Shown here: piece by piece, positions 43,052-52,783 of the stretch
Position numbering within the stretch: the first letter of the stretch is position 1
Layout: each line of letters begins with the position of its first letter
Source of the DNA: Thermoanaerobaculia bacterium
GTDB lineage: Bacteria; Acidobacteriota; Thermoanaerobaculia; UBA5066
Assembly (NCBI GenBank): GCA_963719225.1
Contig: CAVRAY010000001.1
Location: 2,464,001-2,528,000, forward strand
Direction: 5' to 3'
Length of the DNA stretch: 64,000 nucleotides
The notes under the pieces: generated by a model
Told to the model about the DNA's origin: nothing
The model's input: only the letters and a program-made list of their open reading frames with translations
Databases searched by the model: none
Program-made: the position numbers and the translations under genes

Positions 43052-43297
43052 TCAGCACTGGGGATTGCTGGCCGACATGACGCTCCATATCATCATCTCC
43101 TGGGCTTCGATGTTGAGCGAGGTGAGCCCCTCCGGCAGTGGCGCGACCCTCAACTGCTTCCGAAGAAGGTCCTCAGATGCCTTGTCCCTCACTTGGACGA
43201 CGACGTACCTCGGATATTCTGGAAGGACTCTTCCGATGGCGGAGGCTCGGAAGGTTTTGGATCCGGGAACTCGCTTCACCTTCTTCGGGCTGGGCAT
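43052..43297 (-). CDS. 81-aa small protein, candidate RiPP precursor (C-terminus MMIWSVMSASNPQC)
   Basis: Strong GAGGAGGGAG RBS; ends 4 nt before the dehydrogenase start; precursor role is inferred. Confidence 0.7.
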   Translation of the reverse strand: MPSPKKVKRVPGSKTFRASAIGRVLPEYPRYVVVQVRDKASEDLLRKQLRVAPLPEGLTSLNIEAQEMMIWSVMSASNPQC

Positions 43298-43327
43298 GGT
43301 GCGCTCCCTCCTCGTTCGAAAGTGGCG

Positions 43328-45940
43328 TCAATCTAGCCCCCAGGCCAGGTGAAGTCCAGAGGAGGACCGGCCCTCGCTGAAAGCGCGCACGGTTCCATCT
43401 CCGTTCAGGGCTACGGAGAGAAGGCCCGTACCGGTGGACGGATCCAGGTTCGGGAGCACGTCGTCGGCGAGCTTCACCCCCGTCCGGGCGTCGAGCGTCC
43501 AGACATGCCGATCTCGGCTGACGGCGAGAATGCGGTCGCCCCTCTCGTTGAATCGCGCGTAGATGAATACCGTCGCCTCTCCGACCCCCAGGAGCCGCCT
43601 TCCCTCGCCCTTTCCGATCGGGTGGATGAACGGCGTGCTCCCGGGCGCACCGCCCAGGCAGACGAACTCCGTTCCCGCAGGGTTGGCTCGTGGGTTGTTG
43701 CAGTCCACGGCGCCGAGCCCGTGCGCCCCGCTTCCATCCGTGTTCATTGTCCAGATTTGCTTTTGACTCCCCTCCGAACGGACGAAGAGGAGTGTCGAGG
43801 GCCCGGCGAACGAAGGGGCCCAGTGACTCGCGGTCGAGCTCGTGAGCGCCTTCGGGCTTCCCGCTCCGGCAGGAATGAGGAGAAGCTGCAGGGGCGGCCG
43901 GCCGACTGTCGTTCCGGCTATCCAGCGGCCGTCCGGAGAGAACGTTCCTGGAAAGCCCTCGCCCCAGCGCATCGGTTCGCCTCCATCGACGTCCCGCGAC
44001 CAGATTCCAGTGGCCCTCGGCGTGGCGCCGCCTTCGTAAAAAAGGATCTTCTTTCCGTCCGGCGAGAGATCCGTCACGATCGAGAAGCCGAGAGACGAGA
44101 GCTCGCGCGCCGGCTCGGCGGCCCTCTGAAAGAGGAGAGCTCTGCGGTTCTCGTCCTCGAGGAGCAGGCACTTCTTTCCGTCACTCGAGAGCGATTGAAG
44201 GACGAAGAAACCTGGGAATCGATGCAGCGGGCGCAGCCGGCCGCCCGGGCTCACCGCGAAAAGGGTGCTGCTGTAAGCGCCCGAGACCGAAGCCGTGAGC
44301 CATATCTCCCCCGAGCGGGCATTCCAGTCGAGACCGAAGCACCGCTCGTAAGCCGGTGTCAGGGCTCGCGACGCGGAGCCGTCGAGATCGACGATCCGCA
44401 CCTCTCCTGCGTCGTCGAAACGCGACGGGTGATGGATGAAGGCCACCCGCTTGCCGTCGGGTGAGAGCCGGACGAAAGACATGGCTCCGGGCGTGCGGAA
44501 GATGACTTTCTCGGCCTGAGCCGCGGACACATCGCGGCGCTCCAGCACCCGTTCCGCGCCGAGGTCCCGTACCGCCACGAGGACTCGGCCTCCCTGTGAC
44601 CAGTCGGCCCAGCCCGCGTCGTTGAGGATCATCCGCGGCGTTCCTCCCAGGGCGGGCCACGCCGCCAACGTCCCGAGGAGGTTGATACCCGCCCGAGATG
44701 CCCCGACCAGCACGAGCACCTGGGAGCCGTCGTCCGAATACGCCATGGGAAGCTGCTCCCCGGACTCCAGGGGACGGTCCAGCCCCATGGCGTCGGGCAG
44801 GGCGAGATAGGTCCGTCGGGGACCTCCGTCCCATGAGGCCGTGTAGAGGAAGGAATCGGCGCCCGGCGTGAAGAGGCCACGCGAAACGACACCGTGGCGG
44901 AACGTCAACCGTCGGAACTCCGGCATCGGCGGTCGCCTCGGCCAGCCGAACCAGAGCACGGCGGCGAGCGCGGCGAGCGCGAGCAGAGCGGTACCCACGA
45001 GCCGGTTCCGCCGCCGTGCGGGAGCGCGTTGTTCTTCTCCTGACCCGGACGAGCGCAGCGACGGATCGCCCGCGTGCGCGCGCAGGTTCTGCAGGTCGCG
45101 CGCGAGGTCGCGCGTCGCCGCATAGCGCTCACGCTTGTCCTTCGCGAGACACCTCTCCACGATCCAGACGAGGGGCGGCGGGATCTCGGGCCGCATGACG
45201 GTGAGCGAGACCGGCTCGTCGCGCAGGATGGCCGAGATGGTGTCCGCGGCCGACGCGCGGGCGAAGGCGCGGCGGCCGGTCAGCATTTCGTAGAGCACGC
45301 AGCCCACGGCGAACTGGTCGGACGCCACGCCCGCGGCTTCCCCACGCGCCTGCTCCGGCGACATGTATCCCAGCGTCCCGACGAGCTCGCCGGGAGACGT
45401 GATCGTCAAGGTGGCCGAGTCCGGGGAGCCGTCTCCGGTCTGGTGCCTCAGCTTCGCGAGCCCGAAGTCGAGGATCTTCAGATGCCCGTCCGCCGTGACG
45501 ATGAGGTTCGAGGGCTTCAGGTCGCGGTGCACGATCCCGGCCTCGTGCGCCCGGGCAAGGCCGTCCGCGAGCGCGATCGCGAGCTCGAAGAACCTTCGAA
45601 GGGGAAGCCCGCCCTGCGGAATGATCTCGGAAAGAGTGCCTCCGTCGAGGAGCTCCATGGCGAGGAAGCGGACCGCATGGCCGTCCCGCGGGTCGGGCGC
45701 GTCCCCGACTTCGTAAACGACGACGATGTGAGGGTGATTCAGCGACGACGCCGCACGTGCTTCCGTCTCGAACCGCTGCAGCCTCTCGTCGCTGCCGGCT
45801 CCCTCCTCCGTGAGCACCTTCAGGGCCACTTCGCGGCCGAGACGCAGATCGCGCGCCCGATACACTTCTCCCATGCCGCCCGCGCCGAGAGTCGCGAGAA
45901 TCGTATAGGTGCCGAACGAGTCGCCGGGCGACAGGACCAA
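43328..45940 (-). CDS. Membrane Ser/Thr kinase with extracytoplasmic TolB/WD40-like beta-propeller
   Basis: LGAGGMGEVY, VALK, HRDLKPSN, DFGLAK, YMSPEQ; one TM segment; SPDG repeats; TTG 45940 with AAGGGG RBS. Confidence 0.92.
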   Translation of the reverse strand: MVLSPGDSFGTYTILATLGAGGMGEVYRARDLRLGREVALKVLTEEGAGSDERLQRFETEARAASSLNHPHIVVVYEVGDAPDPRDGHAVRFLAMELLDGGTLSEIIPQGGLPLRRFFELAIALADGLARAHEAGIVHRDLKPSNLIVTADGHLKILDFGLAKLRHQTGDGSPDSATLTITSPGELVGTLGYMSPEQARGEAAGVASDQFAVGCVLYEMLTGRRAFARASAADTISAILRDEPVSLTVMRPEIPPPLVWIVERCLAKDKRERYAATRDLARDLQNLRAHAGDPSLRSSGSGEEQRAPARRRNRLVGTALLALAALAAVLWFGWPRRPPMPEFRRLTFRHGVVSRGLFTPGADSFLYTASWDGGPRRTYLALPDAMGLDRPLESGEQLPMAYSDDGSQVLVLVGASRAGINLLGTLAAWPALGGTPRMILNDAGWADWSQGGRVLVAVRDLGAERVLERRDVSAAQAEKVIFRTPGAMSFVRLSPDGKRVAFIHHPSRFDDAGEVRIVDLDGSASRALTPAYERCFGLDWNARSGEIWLTASVSGAYSSTLFAVSPGGRLRPLHRFPGFFVLQSLSSDGKKCLLLEDENRRALLFQRAAEPARELSSLGFSIVTDLSPDGKKILFYEGGATPRATGIWSRDVDGGEPMRWGEGFPGTFSPDGRWIAGTTVGRPPLQLLLIPAGAGSPKALTSSTASHWAPSFAGPSTLLFVRSEGSQKQIWTMNTDGSGAHGLGAVDCNNPRANPAGTEFVCLGGAPGSTPFIHPIGKGEGRRLLGVGEATVFIYARFNERGDRILAVSRDRHVWTLDARTGVKLADDVLPNLDPSTGTGLLSVALNGDGTVRAFSEGRSSSGLHLAWGLD

Positions 45941-46098
45941 TCGGACCCCTTTTTCCGGTCGGTGGACGGACGCCGAGTCAGTATAGCGTCGGCCAGACGG
46001 GTACGCCCGTTGCTTGCCAACCTCGTGTGAAGGGTTTGCGTCTCCTTGCGGGAACACCCCGGTGTTCGGCTTCAAACTCCGTTCTGGCAGGAGGATCC

Positions 46099-46794
46099 AT
46101 GCGTCGATTTCTCGTTCTCGCCGTGTTCTCGGTCGCCTTTCTGATGCTCGCTTCGCCGGCCGTCGCTCAGGACCGCACGGGCACGTGGGAGATCTCGCCC
46201 TTCGCGGGCGGTTTCTTCGGTGGGCGGCTCTACGGGAATGGCCCGCAATTCCAGGCCGTCGGGGGGTCCTCGAATCAGAGTTACCTCCGCGAGGATGATG
46301 ACCTCGCGTATGGAGCGCGCCTCGCGTACAACGTGACGCGCCACTTCGAGTTCGAGGTCGACTGGACCTCCTCGCGGACCGACCTGCGCTTGCCCTACTC
46401 CGTCGTCGCCCCCGGCGGCGGCTTCGTCCGCAGGCCCAAGGTCGGGACCTTCCGGCAGAATATCTACGAGGCGAACGCCCTCTTCAATTTCGGGCGGCGG
46501 CACGTGGTCGGCTACATCGGTATCGGCGCAGGAGCCGCCGTTCTCAAGCGGGACGTCCCGGGAGTGAACCCGGAGGCGACCGGGCGCTTCACGGCCAACG
46601 TCTCGGCCGGAGGGAAGTTCTTTTTCGTACCGCGCGTCGGCCTCCGCATCGATGCCCGCTACCGGGCGATCAATCTGACGGACGATCGCGACGACTTCTC
46701 TTGCGACCACAACGGCTTCAGGGATTGCGACAACCGGCGCCGAAACTGGTCCTACAACAGCGAGGTCACCGGGGGGCTCGTCTTCGCCTTCTGA
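46099..46794 (+). CDS. Outer-membrane beta-barrel protein (OmpA-like TM domain)
   Basis: Signal peptide, WEISPFAG, GLRIDARY, C-terminal GLVFAF; AGGAGG RBS. Confidence 0.85.
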   Translation: MRRFLVLAVFSVAFLMLASPAVAQDRTGTWEISPFAGGFFGGRLYGNGPQFQAVGGSSNQSYLREDDDLAYGARLAYNVTRHFEFEVDWTSSRTDLRLPYSVVAPGGGFVRRPKVGTFRQNIYEANALFNFGRRHVVGYIGIGAGAAVLKRDVPGVNPEATGRFTANVSAGGKFFFVPRVGLRIDARYRAINLTDDRDDFSCDHNGFRDCDNRRRNWSYNSEVTGGLVFAF

Positions 46795-46797
46795 CCT

Positions 46798-47247
46798 TCA
46801 GCCCGAAGAAGCGCGATCCTCCGGGGAGCCGATCTCGATCGAGCGCGACCCGTCGGACTCGACGCGTATGGCGACGCGCCAGGCACGCGAATCGGTGAGC
46901 GGGGGACGCGGCCATTCCACCGCGACGATCGCGCCTGGCCTCTCGTCCAAGCCGAGGTCGGCGATGGAGGTGCCCGGAAGGACGCGATAGAGGTCCCCGT
47001 GGACGAGGAGCGGCGGCCTGTCCGCCGGACCGTACTCGCGGACGAGCGCGAAGCTCGGGGAGGACACGTCCTCCGGATCGAGGCCGAGCCCCGCCGCGAT
47101 CCCCTTCACGAAAGCGGTCTTGCCGGCCCCGAGCTCTCCCTCGACGAGCACGAGGTCGCCGGAGCTGAGGCGAAGAGCGAGGCTCGCCCCGAGCCGCCGC
47201 GTCTCCTCCTCGCTCGAAGAGACGTTGAAAGATACGTGCGACGTCAC
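46798..47247 (-). CDS. tsaE: tRNA t6A biosynthesis ATPase TsaE
   Basis: GELGAGKT, VSSPSFALVREY, HGDLYR, VEWP. Confidence 0.93.
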   Translation of the reverse strand: MTSHVSFNVSSSEEETRRLGASLALRLSSGDLVLVEGELGAGKTAFVKGIAAGLGLDPEDVSSPSFALVREYGPADRPPLLVHGDLYRVLPGTSIADLGLDERPGAIVAVEWPRPPLTDSRAWRVAIRVESDGSRSIEIGSPEDRASSG

Positions 47248-48752
47248 CCGCCGGCGCTCTCGTGCGCCTCGAAGAAGGCTTCGGGGAGCGCCTCGACGAC
47301 GTCGGACGCCGAGAGAGACTCCTCCCCTTTGACCTCCCGCACGAAGTCGCCCGAGATTCCATGGAGCCACGCGGCCGCGCAGGCGGCGTCGAAGGCGTCG
47401 AGCCCGCGCGCGAGACACGCTCCGACGATACCGGTGAGGACGTCCCCGGTTCCCCCCGAGGCGAGCGCGGGGTTCCCCGCGAGGACGGGCATGACCCGGC
47501 CCGCCGGCGAGGCCACGAGCGGCCGGAAACCCTTGAGGATGACGACCGACTTCGCCCGCGAGGCGATCTCGAGGGCGGCGGCTTCCCGATCAGCGTTGAC
47601 GCGTGCCGCGTCGATGCCGAGGAGACGCCCCGCCTCTCCGGCGTGCGGCGTGAGCACCGTGGGCGCGGCGCGCGCGGCGAAGTAAGCGGCCTCGCCGGCG
47701 AGGTTGAGGGCATCCGCGTCGAAGACCGCGGGGAGGCGTGCCGCCGCCGTGCGCTGGAGCAACGCACGCGCGGCCGCCGACGCGCCGAGCCCGGGCCCGA
47801 CCGCGAGAGCGTCGAAGCGCGCAACGTCCACGTCGTCGCCCGCGGTCGTCGTCTCCGGACTGAGGACGTGTACCAGCGCGCGGATCGAATCCGGCGTGAA
47901 GACGCTGACGAGGCCGGCTCCCGCCCTGTGGGCACCGCGCGCCGCGAGGGCGGGAGCTCCCGCCATGCCTTCGGACCCGCCCACGACGAGGAGTCGCCCG
48001 AACGTGCCCTTGTGCGCGGTGGCGTCGCGCCGCGGAAACAGCTTCGCGACGTCGGGAGCTCCGACCGCTTCCCCCGCGACTCCGCTCTCATCTTCGAGCG
48101 GCAGAAAGCCGATGCCCGCGATGCCGATCCGCCCGCAGAGAGACGCGGCGGGCAGGCGGACGTGACAGGGCTTCGGGTATCCGAACGTGACGGTGAGGTC
48201 CGCGCGCACGGAGGGGATCCACGGAAGCAGCTCGTCCGCGGAGAGGCCCGAGGGCACGTCCACCGCGACCACGAACGCCGTCGCGTCGGCGACCAGGCGA
48301 ACGGCGCGTGCCGGAAGCCCGTCCGGCGAGATCGGTCTCCTCAGGCCCGTGCCGAAGAGCGCGTCCACGACGAGCGTTGCCGTGCGCAGCGGCTCGAGAT
48401 CGGCTTCCTTCGTCACCTCGCGAATCGCCCCACCCGCCTTCTCGAGACGCTGGTGGGTCTTTCGGGCGTCCAGGCTCAGATGCGCGGGCGCTCCGAAGAG
48501 AAGCGTCTCCACGTTGCCGCCGACGTGGGCCGCGTGGAGGAGGCGCGCCGCCTCGAAGCCGTCCCCTCCGTTGTTGCCCGGACCCGCGAGCACGACGATC
48601 CGCGCGCCCCGCGACACCCGTCGCCCGACGACGCCCGCGATCTCCCTCACAAGCGCCGTCGCGGCCCGTTTCATGAGGACGAGCCCCGTCGTCCCGGCCT
48701 GGATGGTCCTCGAGTCGAGGGCGCGGGCGCCCTCCGAGGTGAGGACCCTCAC
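47244..48752 (-). CDS. nnr: Bifunctional NAD(P)H-hydrate epimerase/dehydratase
   Basis: GPGNNGGDG, DALFGTG, DVPSG, HKGTFG, DADAL, TPHAGE, GGTGDVLTG. Confidence 0.94.
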   Translation of the reverse strand: MRVLTSEGARALDSRTIQAGTTGLVLMKRAATALVREIAGVVGRRVSRGARIVVLAGPGNNGGDGFEAARLLHAAHVGGNVETLLFGAPAHLSLDARKTHQRLEKAGGAIREVTKEADLEPLRTATLVVDALFGTGLRRPISPDGLPARAVRLVADATAFVVAVDVPSGLSADELLPWIPSVRADLTVTFGYPKPCHVRLPAASLCGRIGIAGIGFLPLEDESGVAGEAVGAPDVAKLFPRRDATAHKGTFGRLLVVGGSEGMAGAPALAARGAHRAGAGLVSVFTPDSIRALVHVLSPETTTAGDDVDVARFDALAVGPGLGASAAARALLQRTAAARLPAVFDADALNLAGEAAYFAARAAPTVLTPHAGEAGRLLGIDAARVNADREAAALEIASRAKSVVILKGFRPLVASPAGRVMPVLAGNPALASGGTGDVLTGIVGACLARGLDAFDAACAAAWLHGISGDFVREVKGEESLSASDVVEALPEAFFEAHESAGG

Positions 48753-49456
48753 CCGGCCCTCCGCCCGAGCAGCGCGAGGAGCGCACGGCGCGTCGCGGGA
48801 GCGAGGTCCGGGTCCGCCGCGAAGAGGGCCTCCACCCTGCCGAGATCGGTGATCTCGTCGACGTCGGGTACGGTCGAAAGAAGGCGGACGCTGTAACCCT
48901 TCGCCTCCGCCGGCCTCGTGCAATCGGCCAGCGCGTGTTCCGAAGACCACCTCACTCCGGCGGGAAAAACGACTGCCGGTTCCACGTTTCCGCGCATGCC
49001 GACGAGCGAAAACCCTCCATCCGGAGCCGGGGCGAACACGACGTCGTTTCCCTCGAGGGCGGCGAAGCCCTCGGCGAGATCTTCCGCGGTGAGGGTCGGG
49101 GAATCGCTTCCGGCGATCAGCACGTCGCGCCGGCCTTCGAGCCGCGCGCGCACGACGGCGCGCGCCAGACGTTCGCCGAGCGATCCATCGCCCTGCGGCA
49201 CGAGGTCCCACGGGGGGCGGAAAGTCCCGAGGAGATACGGACCCGCGTCGAACTCCGCGTGCGCGAGCACCGCGTCCCACTGCTCCGGCGACGTCAGCGA
49301 GGCGGCGAGGTCGGCCAGGAACGCCTCGTAGAGCGAGGTGGCGGCCGCGGCCCCGATCTCGCGGGCGAGGCGCGTCTTCACGCGTCCTCTCACGGGCTCG
49401 CGCGCGAACAGGACGAAGCGCTTGACGGGTGCGTTCACGGCCTGGCTGGGCCTCAC
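48749..49456 (-). CDS. TIGR04282/DUF2064 family (CofC-like nucleotidyl/glycosyltransferase fold)
   Basis: FAREPVRGRVKTRL, QGDGSLGERL, GSDSP, PAPDGGFSLVG, DVD. Confidence 0.88.
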   Translation of the reverse strand: MRPSQAVNAPVKRFVLFAREPVRGRVKTRLAREIGAAAATSLYEAFLADLAASLTSPEQWDAVLAHAEFDAGPYLLGTFRPPWDLVPQGDGSLGERLARAVVRARLEGRRDVLIAGSDSPTLTAEDLAEGFAALEGNDVVFAPAPDGGFSLVGMRGNVEPAVVFPAGVRWSSEHALADCTRPAEAKGYSVRLLSTVPDVDEITDLGRVEALFAADPDLAPATRRALLALLGRRAG

Positions 49457-51174
49457 TTCCTTGGCGGGGGCTCCTCGCCGGAGAAGGCCGACACGAAGAT
49501 GGACTTCTGGAGAAAGCTCGTGGAGTTCGTGATGTCGTCACGGACCGCGAGCGAAAGCTTCTGCCCGCCGGGAATCATGATGAGCTTCACGTCGTAGACG
49601 AAGTCCCTGCGGCCGAGAGCTTCGAATTTCTTCGCGTCGAGGTCGATCGGGACGGTTTGCGTCGTGAGCTCCGACTGCTTCCCCGCCGAGTCGATGACGA
49701 CGAAATAGAAGACGACGCGGCCGCGCACCTTGGAGCCCTCGGGCAGCATGGCGAGGCGGGAATACGGAATCCGGATGGTCACGGGGACGGCGAAGTTCTC
49801 GCGGTCGGCCGGAACGGGCTTGCCGACCTCCAGGCCCACGGCGAGGGGATTGTCGTCGCGGGGGAAGAAAAGGGCCGAGGTGACCGCCTCGCGCACCTTC
49901 GTTTCGATTCCCTTCTCGAGATAGCTGCGGCGCGCGCGGACGGTCAGGCCTTTCTTCTTGAGCTTGACCTCGACCTTGTGGGGCCGGTCGAGCCCGGAGC
50001 GCACGCTCCGGTAGCCGATCGAGTAGTACGACGTGTAGTCCTTCTCGATGTTCTTGAGGGCGATGGTGACGTCGTTCTTGTTCAGGATGGCCTCGCCGCC
50101 GGTCTCTTCGGCGATGAGGGTCAGCATGGACTGGAGGTTGTTTCGTTCGAGGAACGTGTCGATGCGCTGGCTTTGCGTGCGGTTTTCCGCCGAAATGTTC
50201 GAATCCACCGTGAGACCCTGCGCGTCGATCGTGTAGATCGTGACGCCCGAGGCGTTCGCCGCCTGCACCACGGAGAGGTACTTCGAGGTCCGGTCGAACT
50301 CGAAGAAGGACATGCTCTGGCCCGAGGTGTTGCGGTACTTGTCGGCGATGTACTGCCAAAGCTCCGCCCCCGGGGACTGCGGCAGGCCGTCGGAGACGTG
50401 GATGAGGATCTTGCGGCCCTCGACGCCGGCGAGCTGGTTGATCGTGGTCTTCATCGCGTCGATCGTGAAGGTCAGGTCGTTGTCGAGCGACTGGCAGAAC
50501 GACCGCACCCGGCCCGCCGCCTGATCCGCGGTCGTGGAGTCGTCGATGGCCTGGATCACCTCCCGCCGGTCGGAAAGGATCTGCTGGCCGAGCGCACTCT
50601 CGTCCTCGATCTGCTTGAGGACGTCCGACAGGTCGCGGCCGTCGTTCGTGAACTTCCTGCGGATCTTCAGCGACCGGTTCCAGGCGACGATCATGCCTTC
50701 GACGTTGTCCTTGACGTTCTCGCGGACGAAGACCTCGACGTTCCTCAGGACCCTGTTGCGGTTGAACGGCGCGAGGTGAAGGTTGTCCACGAAGATGACG
50801 ATGCGGGTCTTCGGGACCTTCTCGTGCACGGGAACGGACGCCGGAGCGGGAGACGGCGCGGCAGCGGCGGGCGGGGCCTCCTCGACGGGCAGGAGGAAGC
50901 GGCCCTGCTCAATCGGAGTGAAGTTCGTGATGAGCTGCTCGAGATTGTCTTCGACGACGACGAAGTCCTCTTTCTTCAGGCCCGTCACCCGGTTCCCCTT
51001 TCCGTCGGTCACGACGACGTCGAGGTTGGTCACGGTGATGCCCTCGCGGGCGACGAAGCCTCCCGCCGGCGTCTCGGGCTTGCTGGCGGGAACCTGGGAC
51101 ACGGCGGACGATCGGGCGAGCGCGACGACGAGCAGGAGCGTCGTCCGAGGAAAAGGAAAGGGACGAATCGACAT
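49453..51174 (-). CDS. Secreted VWA domain protein (acidobacterial VWFA-related type)
   Basis: LDVVVTDGKGNRVTGLKKEDF, GRKILIHVSDG, TIYTIDAQG, IAEETGG, YYSIGY. Confidence 0.9.
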   Translation of the reverse strand: MSIRPFPFPRTTLLLVVALARSSAVSQVPASKPETPAGGFVAREGITVTNLDVVVTDGKGNRVTGLKKEDFVVVEDNLEQLITNFTPIEQGRFLLPVEEAPPAAAAPSPAPASVPVHEKVPKTRIVIFVDNLHLAPFNRNRVLRNVEVFVRENVKDNVEGMIVAWNRSLKIRRKFTNDGRDLSDVLKQIEDESALGQQILSDRREVIQAIDDSTTADQAAGRVRSFCQSLDNDLTFTIDAMKTTINQLAGVEGRKILIHVSDGLPQSPGAELWQYIADKYRNTSGQSMSFFEFDRTSKYLSVVQAANASGVTIYTIDAQGLTVDSNISAENRTQSQRIDTFLERNNLQSMLTLIAEETGGEAILNKNDVTIALKNIEKDYTSYYSIGYRSVRSGLDRPHKVEVKLKKKGLTVRARRSYLEKGIETKVREAVTSALFFPRDDNPLAVGLEVGKPVPADRENFAVPVTIRIPYSRLAMLPEGSKVRGRVVFYFVVIDSAGKQSELTTQTVPIDLDAKKFEALGRRDFVYDVKLIMIPGGQKLSLAVRDDITNSTSFLQKSIFVSAFSGEEPPPRK

Positions 51175-51214
51175 GGCCGGATTGTACGGGTCACGCGGAT
51201 AGAATCCCGCCCCG

Positions 51215-51793
51215 ATGGCATTCCGCGTTCGCCGCCACCTGACGGCCGGGCTCCTCGTGCTCGTTCCTCTCGTCGTCACCGTGGTCGTCATCCGCTTCGT
51301 CTTCAACGTGATCGACGGATTCAGCCAGCCCGTCACCGAACGCCTCGTGGGCCGGACCGTTCCGGGACTGGGACTCATCCTCACGATCGCCGTCATCTGG
51401 CTGACAGGCCTCCTTTCCTCGAACCTCATCGGGAAGAAATTCCTTGAACTTTTCGGCCGCCTCTTGGAGAATCTCCCCCTCGTCAAGACGGTCTATACCG
51501 CTTCGAAGCAACTCGTCGAGGCTGTGTCGCCGGGCGGCCGGCGGGCCTTCCAGCGTGTCGTCCTCGTTGAATTTCCTCAGAAGGGAACTTTTGCGTTGGG
51601 ATTCGTGACAGGGAACGGGATCGGCTCACTGGACGCGAGCACGCTTTCGATCTACGTTCCGACGGCGCTCAACCCGACGAGCGGTTTCCTGATATTCGCG
51701 AAAGAAAGCGATATTCTCGACCCCCGCCTCACGGTTGAGGAGGGGATCAAGCTCGTCGTGTCGGGCGGGGTCGTGAGGCCGCTCGGGAACTAG
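51215..51793 (+). CDS. DUF502 domain membrane protein
   Basis: GLLVLVPLVVT, PLVKTVY, VVLVEFP, YVPTALNPTSGF. Confidence 0.9.
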   Translation: MAFRVRRHLTAGLLVLVPLVVTVVVIRFVFNVIDGFSQPVTERLVGRTVPGLGLILTIAVIWLTGLLSSNLIGKKFLELFGRLLENLPLVKTVYTASKQLVEAVSPGGRRAFQRVVLVEFPQKGTFALGFVTGNGIGSLDASTLSIYVPTALNPTSGFLIFAKESDILDPRLTVEEGIKLVVSGGVVRPLGN

Positions 51794-51868
51794 AAGCGCT
51801 TCGGGAGGGTCCAACGGAGCGGCCGGAGGACAGGCGGGCGGCGGGAGACCGAAAGGAGTGATCGGGCG

Positions 51869-52765
51869 ATGACGGGAAATCTCACCGGCAGGGGACGGAC
51901 GGTCCGGCGGATCGCCGCGACCGGCCTCGCCGTGCTGTCGCTCTCCGTCGCGGGTTGCGACAAGTTCAAGAGCAAGCAGCTCATCCGGGAGGGAAACGCC
52001 TATTTCAAGGAGCAGCTCTACGACGACGCCCTCAAGAAGTACGAAGCGGCCCAGGCTCTCGATCCGACCGAAGTCCGCCTCGACAAGTTCGTCGCGATGG
52101 GCTACATGGCGCTCTACAACCCCGGTTCCACGCACCCGAAGGACATCGAGGCGCTGAACCGGGCGATCGAGCACTTCAAGAAGTACCTGGCGGCAAAGCC
52201 CGACGACGACAAGGCCGCGCGGTTCCTCGTCACGACGTACATGAACGCCCAGAAGTACGACGAGGCGATCAAGTACTTCAAGGAGCTCGTCGACAAGCAC
52301 CCGCAGGACTCGCAGGCCGTCCAGACGATCGCGATGCTCTACGCGAAGCAGGGCGACTACGAGAACTCCATCCTCTGGCAGAAGAAGCGGGGGGAGCTCG
52401 AGCCGAACAACCCCGAGGTCTTCTACACGATGGGCGTCACGGCGTGGGACAAGTCCTACAACACCGTGGGCACGGACATCTCCCCCGACAATGGCCTCAC
52501 GCCCGAGAAGCGCAAGGAGATCCTGGATTTCGGCATGGCGCAGCTCGACCGGGCGCTCCAGCTCAATCCCGACTACTTCGAGGCCATGCTGTACAAGAAC
52601 CTGCTCAACCGGCAATACGTGCGCATCGAGTCGGACCCCGCCAAGGTCGCGGAACTGACCGCGAAGGCGAACGAGTGGCAGCAGAAGGCGCTCGAGATCA
52701 AGAAGAAGATCCAGGAAAAGCAGCGCGCCGAGCAGGCCAAGAAGAATCCGCTCGAGGCGATGTAG
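51869..52765 (+). CDS. TPR-repeat lipoprotein
   Basis: Lipobox VAGC; TPR helices; AAGGAG RBS. Confidence 0.85.
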   Translation: MTGNLTGRGRTVRRIAATGLAVLSLSVAGCDKFKSKQLIREGNAYFKEQLYDDALKKYEAAQALDPTEVRLDKFVAMGYMALYNPGSTHPKDIEALNRAIEHFKKYLAAKPDDDKAARFLVTTYMNAQKYDEAIKYFKELVDKHPQDSQAVQTIAMLYAKQGDYENSILWQKKRGELEPNNPEVFYTMGVTAWDKSYNTVGTDISPDNGLTPEKRKEILDFGMAQLDRALQLNPDYFEAMLYKNLLNRQYVRIESDPAKVAELTAKANEWQQKALEIKKKIQEKQRAEQAKKNPLEAM

Positions 52766-52783
52766 GGAGCCAGGAGACCACGC

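Noticed and set aside
43052-43054. TGA after the terminal Cys as a selenocysteine codon
   Set aside because: Read-through gives an out-of-frame overlap with the dehydrogenase and I see no SECIS-like hairpin
48749-49456. Arsenosugar biosynthesis cluster
   Set aside because: Only the TIGR04282-like gene is present; no arsM or arsS partners in the window
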